This document shows, piece after piece, positions 44,983 to 55,761 of a DNA stretch of 64,000 nucleotides. Every line of letters begins with the position of its first letter. The stretch's first letter is position 1. The stretch covers positions 12,833,259-12,897,258 of the forward strand of contig NC_083409.1 in the NCBI RefSeq assembly GCF_020745735.1, given 5' to 3'. The notes beneath the pieces were generated by a model that searched no databases, was not told the DNA's origin, and saw nothing but the letters and a program-made list of their open reading frames with translations. The stretch is from Hemiscyllium ocellatum (taxonomy: Eukaryota). The translations under genes were made by a program, and so were the position numbers.

Positions 44983-47900
44983 TATATACAGGTCTGTACA
45001 ATTACTATCCACATATTTAGCTGAAGGGTAAGCAGAGCCCAAATGACTGCGTGGGCCGCCTGTTCTTAGGCAGGCAGACATAACACAGTAGCCTTTCCCC
45101 ATCAAACCTTGGCAGCAGCTACTCCAAGCTTCAGCCTATTCCTCAACACGTAGTGCTGGACTGTGAAATGTGCCAGTCTCCAACACTCAGTCGGGGTCAA
45201 CTCCTTCAGCTGGAAGATCAACAGGTCCTTCACTGAGCTGATGTTCCTCCAGGCACAGTTGATGTTCGTCTCGGTGTGTGTCCCAGGGAACAGGCCATAG
45301 AGCACGGAGTCCCGTGTCACTGCATTCCTTTCCAGACTTCTTCTGAATAGGCACATTCCAGAAGGAGGTGTGTGACAGTCTCGTCCCCCCCGCAGCCGCT
45401 TTGAGGGCAGTGTGCGGTGCGGGAGAGAGTCCGGGCGCGCATAAAGGATCTCACAGGCAGAGCCCTTCTCACCACCAGCCAAGCCAAGTCTTGGTGCTTG
45501 TTGGAAAGTTCTGGCGATGAGGCATTCTGCCAAATGACTTTGACAGTCTGCGCAGGGAACCGCTCGATAGGATCCGCCCTCTCCTTTTCCTGAAGGATCT
45601 CAAGAACACGACATACTGACCACTTCCTGATGGACTTGTGGTCAAAGGTGTTTTTCTTCATAAACTTCTCCATGAAGGACAAGTGGTATGGAACAGTCCA
45701 ACTACTCGGAGCGTTCCGCGGCAGCGAGGCCAGGCCCATCCTTCGCAACACCAGGGACAGGTTGAACCTCAGTACATAGTGACGCTTGGTGTTTGCGTAC
45801 CAGGATTCCACGCCCAGCTTGATGCAGCCACACACGAAGGTGGCCATCAGGGTGAGGGTGGCATTCGGCATGTTTTTTTCCCCATTGCCCAGGTCTTTGA
45901 ACATTGTGTCTGTACGGACCCGTTCCATCTTTGATCTCCACATGAAGTGGAAGATGGCCCAGGGACTGCGGCGGAACAGGTTCTGGGGATAGGCCAGACC
46001 TGTGCCACATATAACAATACTGAGAGTACCTCACACCTGATGACCAGGTTTTTCCCGGCGATGGAGAGCGACCGTTGCTCCCATCTGCCCAGTTTCTGCC
46101 TCATCTTCCTGATCCGCTCCTCCCAGGTCTTGGCGCACGCCCCAGCCCCCCCGAACCAAATACCCAGCACCTTCAGGTGGTCGGTCCTGACGGAGAAGGG
46201 GATCGAGGATTGGTCAGTCCAGTTCCTGAAGAGCATTGCCTCGCTCTTGCCTCGGTTTACCTTGGCCCCCGAGGCCCGTTCGAACTGGTCACAAATGCAC
46301 ATGAGTGTGCGCGGACAGCGGATCTGAGCAGAAAACGGCGACGTCATCCATATACAGGGAGGCCTTAACCTGCAAGTTCCCGCTGCCAGGAATAGTCACC
46401 CTCTCAGACTCACATCCTTTCTGATGGACTCAGCAAATGGCTCTATGCAACACACAAACAAGGCAGGAGAAAGAGGACAGCCCTGCCTGACTCTAGATCT
46501 GACTGGGAAGCTATCTGATTCCCACCCATTGATTGAGACTGCACTGACAATGTTGGCGTAGAGCAGTCTGATCCAATTTCCAATTCCCTCCCCAAAGCCC
46601 ATTTTGGAGAGGACATCCCTCATATATGTATGCAATATCCTGTCAAAGGCTTTCTCCTGGTCCAGGCTGATCAGGCAGGTGTCCAACCCTCTGTCCTGCA
46701 CGTAGGCGATCGTATCCCTGAGGAGTGCGAGACTCTCAGCGATCCTCCTGCCCAGTACAGCACAGGTTTGATCGGGGTGGATCACCAATCCCAGAGCAGT
46801 CCTGACCCGGTTGGCGATGACCTTTGACAAGATTTTGTCGTCTGTTTTTAACAGTGAGATTGGTCTCCAATTTCTAATTTCCTCCCTCTCCCCCTTCCGC
46901 TTGTAGATGAGGGTGATGATGCCTTTTCTCACTCATGGTACCTGCCCGAAGCATACTGACATACACCTCCAGCAGGTCCTGGCCAATCAAGTCCCAAAGA
47001 AGAGAATAGAGCTCGACCGGTAAGCCGTCACTTCCGGGAGTTTTATTCTTTTTGAAGAAATCGAGGGTCTTGGTCAGCTCATCCAGAGATAGCGGCTGGT
47101 CCAGCCTCTCCCGTGTTCTGTCGTCTAAGACCTCCGTGATAGAGAACAGGAACGACTGGGAAGCTGCACTGTCAGTTAGCTTCACGTCATACAGACTGGC
47201 ATAGAAGGATTTGCTGATCCTCATGACATCAGCCTGAGATGACGTCATCAAACCATCTTCTACCATCAGGCTGCTGAGCACTGAGCTCTCTTTGTGCACC
47301 TTCTGGAAGAAGAAACGTGAGCACGTCTTGTCCTGCTCCACCGAGCGGACTCTGCACTAGAAGATTATCTTGGAGGCCTCCGAGGAAAGAGGGAGGTTTA
47401 CTGGCCCTTCACCTCCTTGAGGTCCTCTGTGACATCCACCCCCATCGTCTGCAGAAGGAACAGGTTCTGATACTTTCCTAGAGCTGAGACCGCCTCTGTC
47501 TCACCTCCTGAACACCTTTGAGGATGAAGAACCTCTTGATGTTCCCTTTTACTGTTTCCCACCAGTCCGCTGGGGACTCAAAGAGGGGCTTCACAGTTCT
47601 CCAACCTGTGTAGTCCCTCTTCAGCTCTTCAATGTTTCCCGGGGTCAACGGCTTTGTGTTCAGCTTCCCCCTTCCCTTACCCGCCCGCTGCTCGTCCTGT
47701 AGGTGACAGTCAGCCAGCAGGAGGCAGTGCTCAGAGAAGAACACCGGCTTGACGTCGGTGGATCTGACCGAGAGTGTTCGGGACACAAACAGGTAATCTA
47801 TCCTTGAGCGGATAGACCCGCCTGCTTGTGACCTGGTGTATCTTATGCTGCGCTCCATCTGCAGGGGCGCTGAAGACGTCGTGCAGCTTTTCATCTTTTA

Positions 47901-49782
47901 CCGTGTCCATCGGGGCTCTGGACGTGGCGTCCAGTTTACTGTCCCCCCCGCTGGATCGTCCATCTGCATCAATGATACAGTTGAAGTCTCCAGCCAGAAT
48001 GACCAGCCTGGACATAGCCAGTAACAGTGGAAGCTGCTGCAGGACGGCCAACCGTTCATTCTTACCTGCTGGGGCATACATGTTGATTAGTCTTGCGGGA
48101 GTGTTTCTGTATGTAGGAAGGCCAACGTGGAAACAGATTGCGCAGCAGATTTTATGCTGTGCACATTAATGTTTGCAATTCTTATCCCCATTTTTAACAG
48201 GTTGTGAGGTTACCCATGTCCATTCGCCGCTGGTCCTGCCCATCTGCAGTAGCTGTCTGCATCCCCATGGTGAACACGAACTGCTGGACCCTCGCAGGGC
48301 TGAGGTCACTGTCCAGCTCCTCACTGGGGCCCATTTGCCCACTCCGGTGTCATCGGGCCGGGACCAGGGTCCACGCAGTCCAGTACTATATCTGACAGCG
48401 GGGCTGTCAGAGAGTCACTGTTCCCAGTAACCTGGAGCTGTGTGGTGGTGGGGCCCTCCTGGCTTTCACCTGGTGAGGGGTGGTCATTTCCCATTGCCTC
48501 AGGAGGTTCGTCCTTTCTTGTTTGGCAGGTGCTGCCCTCCTTTCTCCCCGCAGTGCTCTGTCTCTTCTTTTGGTGATGACCCTCCTTGCGCCCGTCCTTA
48601 CCCTCCGAAGAGCTGTCTGTGTCTTCCCCATGCAGCTGCCGTTTCCCCCTTTTCTGGTCGGTTTTGGCGGCCTGGCGGGTTTTCTTCCTCCTGTTTTGTA
48701 CAGGAATCCATTCCTCTGCCTCCTTCGTTCCCTCCTCCTCCTCCCTCCTCCTCCTCCGTCTGTCCTGTAGGAGCTTTGATCGGCAGCTGTATCTCTCTGG
48801 TGACTGTCATCTGCTCCACTCCTGCCTGTCCTTCCTTTTGCGTGCCCCCAGACACCATTTCCGTTCACCCCCGGCCATCTGCGCATCGGTAGCGGCCCCC
48901 CCTGTCTTGGGCAGGCCTTGTACATGTGGCCCACATCCCCGCACAGACTACAGTTCTTGGCCTCCTTGCATTCTTTGGTCGGGTGACCTCCTTCTTGCAG
49001 TTTCAACAGATCGTGACCTTGCAGTCCGCTGCCATGTGGCCTCACCCCCCGCAGGTTTGGCACACTTTAGGCTGCCCTGCGTACGTCAGATACCCTCTGC
49101 TCCCTCCGATAGCAAAGCTGGAGTGTGGGTGGAGGATGTTCCCACTGACATCAACTCTCAGGGTTACCCTGACCTGTCATTTGTTGGTCCAGATCCTGAA
49201 AGTGTCAACCACTTCGGTGCTTTCTCCCTCAACCTGCACGTATCTTCTCAGGAACGCCAGGACATCGGTTGCTGGAACATTTGGGTTGTTCATATGGAGC
49301 GTAACAACCTGACTCCTCTGTGCAGGAAGCACACACAACGAGACCTCTGACAAGATGGAGAACAGCGGCTCCCCTTCCTTCTCCTTGAAGACCTTCAGGA
49401 GCTGCCCGCATTGCTTCACGCTCCTGAATGTGACGTCAAAGTAGCCTGCCCGAGGGAAATCCTGCAGCTGTACACATCCGCTGCAGCAAACCTACAGCAC
49501 TCGAGCAACATCTCCTTGATGAACACCGTCCGATCGACTGGTGTACGCTCCTCCACCTTCTTGACAGTCACCCTGACTGTGCTGCGAATGCCCTGGATGA
49601 GGGGTGGGCAGCTGCTGAGGCCATCGCTCTGAGGTTGGCTGGTCCCTGAATTGGCGTTAGGCGAAAGCCAGCATGAAGATCCACCAAGGGCAGGTCAGCA
49701 CAACCAGACGATCTTCCAACATCTGATCACAATCTGGTGATGATCTCCACTAGCTCTGATGACTCGCAACTCGACCTCTGTC

Positions 49783-49825
49783 CTGATAAGAACAGACACT
49801 TGATCTTAGCCAAAAGGCCGAGAAG
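49783..49825 (-). pseudogene. RNU2: U2 snRNA 5' fragment (U2 nt 5-34 plus 40-52) forming the 5' end of the Tx1 element
   Basis: Minus strand CTTCTCGGCCTTTTGGCTAAGATCAAGTGT-CTGTTCTTATCAG equals the vertebrate U2 5' sequence (as recalled) with 5 nt (AGTAT) missing. Confidence 0.92.
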
Positions 49826-49849
49826 TCAACACTCCATCTACAATGGCTC

Positions 49850-50200
49850 CAGGTAGCATGGTCACTCAGTTGTTAACACCGCTGCCTCACAGAGCCAGGG
49901 ATCCGGATTCAATTCCACTCTTAGGTGATTGTGTGAATGAAGTTTGAACATTGATCTGTGTCTGCGTGGGTTCCCTCCAGGTACTCCAGCGTTCTCCCAA
50001 ATCTAAAGACATGCAAGTTATGTGGATTGGCCGTGCTCAATTATACATAGTGCCCGTGGTGTGCAGGCTAGGTGGATTAGCATGAGAAATGTAGGCTTAG
50101 AGGGATGGGATTGGTCTGGGCAGGATGCTCTTCAGAGGGTCAGTGTGAAATCGATGGGCCAAATGGCCTTCTTCCAAACTGTAGGGATTCTATGATCTAT
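49850..50200 (+). mobile_element. HE1-type SINE (older copy)
   Basis: Degenerate tRNA head, GTCTGCGTGGG core, TAGGGATTCTATGATCTATGA tail. Confidence 0.8.
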
Positions 50201-51090
50201 GACCTTCCTCGTCTTTTGCTATCGTTGTGTCTAACTTTGTGATTCATGTCCCAGGACACTCAGATCCCTCTGCGCCTGCATAGAGAAAGGGGATAAAAAT
50301 AAAATGCTTGCTCAGGGTCTTTGTGCTGGTCAGGGGTTAGGACTTGACAAGAGGACACTTGCTAAAGGGAGCTCTTGCTGGGAGAGAAAGTCAGGAGAAA
50401 GCAGTTTCCAGTGAGTTACTCATCAACAGGTAGTTGTGGTTAGTGAAGGATTTGCGCTATGAAAATGCAGAAATAGGTACAGGCCTCAAGAGGAAGGGAC
50501 ACGAAAACGTGGTTGCTCAGAAACTGCTTTGAGCAGAGAGCAGTCAGCAGGTACTGTGCTCACAGCAGCTAAGGCAGACTGGGAATGTTCAACTCGAATG
50601 TCTCAAAGCTACAAAAGTATCACCTGAATGTGAGACTGAAGATGAAACCTCAGAGTGTGTCATCAGTGACAGGAAACCAGGAAGTCGGGCCCCAGCAAGG
50701 TGCAGCTGCTCTAGGATGGTCACTCACTGACATTAAGAAAGGAATGAGAGACAAACCCCACACTCAAACCCTGAAACACCCAGCCACCCGATGCACCATT
50801 CGGTTCAACCCAATCTGCTCAGTGTCCATCTCCCAGGAAGTAGGCAGCAGGTCACGGTGTCTGTATCTGTCTGTGTTCTGAAATGATGGCACTTGATCTG
50901 CAGACTTCACATTCCGCTTCCTCTAACTCCCTGTGAGAAACCTCCCTAATCTACAACAGTGGGAAAGCAAACTCAGAACGAGAGGCTCAACAGCATCAAA
51001 CAATAACCACACGGACCATACCACTACCTCCCCCCTCCACCCCCCCAGGGTAAGCGTGTCCTCCCCCACCTCTCCTTGCCCTCTCACTCC

Positions 51091-51198
51091 CTGAGTTGAC
51101 TCCTCCTCCTCCAGTCTCCTTTTCCCATCTTCAGTCCCCACAAGCCTCTGTTTGGTTTGGAGGAGCTCATTGGTGAGGACATCAGCCTTTTCCTCAAC
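51091..51198 (-). pseudogene. RABGAP1L: Orphan coiled-coil exon resembling the C-terminal region of RABGAP1L/RABGAP1: VEEKADVLTNELLQTKQRLVGTEDGKRRLEEEESTQ
   Basis: Close match to the RABGAP1L peptide as recalled ([35 protein letters not shown]). Open 36-codon frame; splice sites look decayed (ctctg|GTT; CAG|ggagtgag). Needs BLAST confirmation. Confidence 0.62.
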
Positions 51199-51239
51199 CA
51201 GAGTGGGCAAGATGGACACAGTGTGAGGGACCGCCTGGA

Positions 51240-51510
51240 TCTCCCCCTCACTCCCCAGTCACAGAACCTGGGCCCTGGGTCTCCCCTCACTCTCCAGTCA
51301 CAGAACCTGGGCTCTGGGTCTCCCCTCACTCCCCAGTCACTGAGCCAGGTCCCTCGGTCTCCCCCTCGCTCCCCAGTCACGGAGCCTGTGCCTGGGTCTC
51401 CCCCTCACTCCCCAGTCACGGAGCCTGTGCCTGGGTCTCCCCTCACTCCCCAGTCATGGAGCCTGGGCCTGGATCTCCTCCTCACTCCCCAATCACGGAG
51501 CCTGGATCTT
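51240..51510. repeat. ~39-bp C-rich minisatellite (CTCCCCAGTCACGGAGCCTGTGCCTGGGTCTCCCCCTCA)n
   Basis: About 7 imperfect units; produces the PGSPLTPQS repeat ORF 51157..51561. Confidence 0.88.
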
Positions 51511-53714
51511 CCTCTGTTCCCACCCCCTCCTCCTGTCACAGAGTCTGGGAGCGAGTCATGAAGTAACTCTCTCTCTCGAGTGTGCCATCACTGGACAACA
51601 AGGCAAATCCTGGTTGAAGGAGGGGATGACATGCTGGGCTACGTTGTCTCGAGGAAGCTGTTCAATATTGAATGGAACCAGCAGGAAAGGGCTGGACAAC
51701 CAAGTCTCTGGGCTGTAAGCAAATGGGAATGGGACATGGTACAGGCAGATACACAGAGACAGACAATTACGAAAAGAAGACCAAACAGAAATAAGACAGC
51801 ACTCATACACAGCAGATGGAGTTTAAATTTGGAAAGTATAAGGTCATGCACTTTGGTCGTAATAATCAAATGGCAGATTATTATTAAAATGGAGACAGAT
51901 TCCAACAAAGTGCAATGCAGAGGGATCTGGATGTTATTGTGTATGAAACATAGAAAGTTAGTGCAGGTGCAGCTAGTAATTGTGAAGGCGAATTGAATAG
52001 GAGCCTTTATTGCTGGGAGTTGGAATGTTAACGTAGAGAAATACTGTTATAACTGTAGAGGATGTTAGTGAGTCTGCACGTGGAGTACAGTGTGCAGTAT
52101 TAATCCCTGTGTTTAACAAAGAATGTACTGGCATTGGAGTCCTCCTCCTGCTTCTATTTTCCATGTCCTTGTGTTCTCCAGTCTCGTTCTCTCACAGCCG
52201 AACTGGTTTGGAGCCTGCCTGCAGTAACAGCCTCCAGCCTCTGGGTGGTGCCTTGCCCAGCCTCCCAATTCCTCTCCCCAGTCTCCTGCTGCAGCAGGTG
52301 GGGAGGTGATATAATGGACCACTCGGTTATCCTCAATCCCTCCCCCATCTCCCAAACTCTCCAACCTAGCCTTCCCCCTCATGCCTTCAGTCGCCCAGCC
52401 CTCAGCACAGGGATTTCCTCCACAAACCCCTCTCACTTCTTTGTCTCCTTCTCGTCATCATCACAAAAACTGTGTGATGGTTCCTACATTAAAAATGCTA
52501 GATCAATACAAGTTGTTGTTGTTGCTGTTACTGACCAGGAGTTAATCATCGACACGTTTCACTGATATAAAAGGAAAGGGAATGACCACTGACTGTGGAG
52601 AGGTGATCATTTTTAGCCAGCTGTACCACCACTACCTGCTGTACCATCACTACCTGCTGTACCATCACTACCCGCTGTACCATCACTACCAACTCACCAA
52701 GGTTCCTTAAGGTATTACCTTTCAAACCAATGACCACTACCATCTAGAAGGACAAGGGCAACAGATACGTGGGACACCATCCTCTGCAAGTGTCCATCCA
52801 GGCCACTCCCCATCCTGACTTGGAAATACATCACAGCTCCTTCACTGTCGCTGGGTCAAAATTCTGGAATTTCCTCCCTTAGTATTATGTGGGGAGGCCT
52901 ACAGCACATGGAATGCAGCGGTTCAAGAAGGCAGTTCACCACCAACTTCAGCACGGCAACAAGTGACAGGTAATAAATTCTGGCCGAGGCAGTGACCCCC
53001 CACATACCATGAAAGAATTTTAAGAAGTCCCTTTACTTTGGCTTCTCCATCCCACCCAGCCCAATACTCAGGCCTCACTGGTTACTTGGGGTTTATTTGC
53101 CAGCCTGTCCCATTCTCCACTCCGGTGTCCTACCCCCCGATATCCTGGTCAATGACTTGCTGTTATTGTGGGAGCCTGCTGAGCGTAAATGAGCTGTCAC
53201 AGCTCCCACATTACAACAATGTCTAGACTTTGAAAATATTCCATTGTTTGGAAAACATCTTTGAATATTCTCAGCTCATGAACGGTGTAACAGAAATACA
53301 ATTCACTCTCCTTTTTGTTTCCCTTCCATGTCTTCCCATCTGTTTCCTCACAACATCCCTCTCTTGTTTAAAATCTAGAATGAATTATGAATCTCTGGGA
53401 AAACTTATCCTGTGGCAACATTTGAGACTAACAACCACATCCTCGATGGGCTTTGAGTGTGAAGGTCAATAACACTCTCATTGGGACTTGATCTGGGTTA
53501 TCTCCAGTCAGTCAGTGTTATTGTTCTGGGGCCAGACAGTACTGACCAACCTTAGACCCTGTGATCTGATTGAGATGAAGAGTGAGCTGTGCCGGGTATT
53601 AACACATGGATCAGTATAGTGAAGCAGGGATTACCCATTTCACAAGAGAGTAAATTGAACTAACAAACTGGGTGGCTGTGACGCCCTCATGCCGATACCG
53701 AGAGTGTTTTTTTT

Positions 53715-54024
53715 AGATTAGATTACTTACAGTGTGGAAACAGGCCCTTCGGCCCAACAGGTCCACACCGACCCGCCGAAGCGAAACCCACCCATACCCC
53801 TACATTTACCCCTCACCTAACACTACGGGCAATTTAGCACGGCCAATTCACCTGACCCGCACATCTTTGGACTGTGGGAGGAAACCGGAGCACCCGGAGG
53901 AAACCCACGCAGACACGGGGAGAACGTGCAAACTCCACACAGTCAGTCGCCTGAGTCGGGAATTGAACCCGGGTCTCAGGCGCTGTGAGGCAGCAGTGCT
54001 AACCACTGTGCCACCGTGCCGCCC
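53715..54024 (-). mobile_element. HE1-type SINE, full length, young
   Basis: About 7 differences from the copy at 32513-32830 over ~305 nt; different site and orientation within the duplicated block. Confidence 0.93.
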
Positions 54025-55252
54025 ACAGAGAGACAGGAATAGTAACATCCTCAGACAGAAAGGATGGTCAAAAAGGTATGGCCCCCAATGAGGGAGGGGA
54101 CAGGAACAGCTACACTCCCCTGAGAGAGAGGGGACAGTTACAGTGACACTCGTGAGAGACAGGGGACAGTCACTGCCTGTTCTCCATTTTCTTCCTGTGT
54201 TGTGATGTATGACCTGGGAAATTGGTTTGGTTTATATATTCTCAGTTGTAATTGGGTTTGATGAGTTGATTCAGTAATAAGTATTCCAATTCTACATTTC
54301 CTGTAGCAGCAGATCCACTGAAGGTCATCCTTTCATTTGGAGGTTGCCCAGGTTTCTGTCCAGGCTGATACAGCATGATCTCCCAGTGCTGCTCCTATTG
54401 GGCTAAACCATCACAGACCAGGGAATCTGATGGTCACTTTCTCTTTGTGCTGGCAAAGGGAGAGATTTGCTTTTGCTGCAATGGCGGCCAAAGAGATGGG
54501 TCAGTGGAGGTAGTTTTCCTTGAAAGTTGGAGATAGTAGGATGAGAATTCAAACACCCACCACTCCATCACATGGTGTTGAAGACACACTTTCCTCATCA
54601 AAACATGTTTGCAAAGCTCTTCGTAACACGTAAGGGGAGGGAAACATTGCAAACTGTGTTATCACGTGTGAGGGTCCACGAAAAACTAGGACCAAGATGT
54701 TAAATGATCCCAGCCATAAACAACACTGATGGATTTACATCATTAGCTTGTCAAACAAAATTAGAAAGTCTGTGATCAGAAAGAGGAAAAGGACAATGTG
54801 CAGATTGTTGAACAGGCCCCTACACCTGGGCCTGAAGCAGAAATCCAAGCTCCAACACACTGGCCTCACTTGACACCAACCTTCACACAGTGCGGGGTCA
54901 TGAACTCTGGCCATCAATTCCTCTGGGATCGGGATGGAGTGAGGGAACAGGGACAATTATAGAAGAGTCAATGAGGAGTAAAGCAAGATGAAGAGGGTGT
55001 TTTAGAAAGGGTTTAGAGGAGAAAATATACTTTGCGTCACTCAATACTGACATAGTCTACATGAATCACAGAATGAACAAAACTGCACACTGTGAAGACA
55101 ATCATATCCCAGGGGACATTTTCACTGCTGTGTGATAAGTATCCCGGTTCAAAAGCTGTTCTCCCTCTCTCTCTCCACATTTCTACAGATTGAACTGGTT
55201 TGACCCGAGCAGGGCCCCAGTTCATTTGTTCTGTTCAGGGACAGTGAAACAG

Positions 55253-55267
55253 CTGCCCTCTAGTGGC
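55253..55267 (-). promoter_or_regulatory. CTCF core motif
   Basis: CTGCCCTCTAGTGGC, identical to 33775-33789. Confidence 0.6.
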
Positions 55268-55445
55268 TATAGAGTGCTGGTACTGCTGCTGAGAACCACG
55301 CGTCAAGTCCCGGGCCATGAGCATCTGAACGAAACAGCGGCCATTCCAGTGGATTCCGGTGGGAATGAGTTATCAGTTGTTTCGGTCTGGTTCACCAGTC
55401 AGTCAATCAGCCCATGGCTGACCTATGTAAATATATATGTGAAAA

Positions 55446-55761
55446 ACTTACCTGGAAACTAAATTGTCGAGTCTGAGGGGCGTGTCCTCGATGCTCGGAG
55501 GTCACGTGGTCCTCTGATGCACGCGCAGAGGATGATCACGTGATGCTCCGAGATGCGGGCGCGGTCACGTGGTCTCCCTGTTTCGCGCTCCGGGAGGTCA
55601 CGTGATCGGCCGTTTCGCGCCCCGGAAGTGGGCGAGACTGCCGTTTCGCGCTCGAAAGGAGGCCACATGGTGGTCCTTTGTCTCCGAAAAGGGAAGGTCA
55701 CGTGAGGTCGGACAGCCGGAAATGCGAGGAGGCGGGGAATGGAGTCGGAGCAACAGCCAAT
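55446..55761 (-). promoter_or_regulatory. CpG-island-like promoter with a candidate first-exon donor
   Basis: 5 x CACGTG (55503, 55537, 55566, 55599, 55699); 3 x TTTCGCGC (55581, 55613, 55644); CCGGAAGT 55622; CCGGAAAT 55716; GGCGGG 55731; CCAAT 55757; minus-strand CCAG|GTAAGT at 55452/55451. Confidence 0.6.

Larger units (their letters stand above)
43601..49825 (-). mobile_element. Tx1-clade (L1 superfamily) non-LTR retrotransposon, near full length, frameshifted; ORF1 ~49624-48400, ORF2 ~48191-45100; 3' UTR interrupted by a Penelope-like element
   Basis: ORF1 with CCHC knuckles (..CSLCGDVGHMYKACP); APE endonuclease (ANINVHS, VILAGDFNC, SRIDYLFVS, FSEH); RT (NWRPISLL, LDQEKAFDRI, RQGCPLSP, YMDDV at ~46350); C-terminal CPQSGCGGDETVTHLLLEC; AATAAA and A-rich tail at ~43600-43630. 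Confidence 0.92.

Noticed and set aside
52621-52690. 18-bp tandem repeat giving a VVMVQQ repeat ORF
   Set aside because: A local expansion inside an L2/CR1-type fragment; no evidence of coding function.
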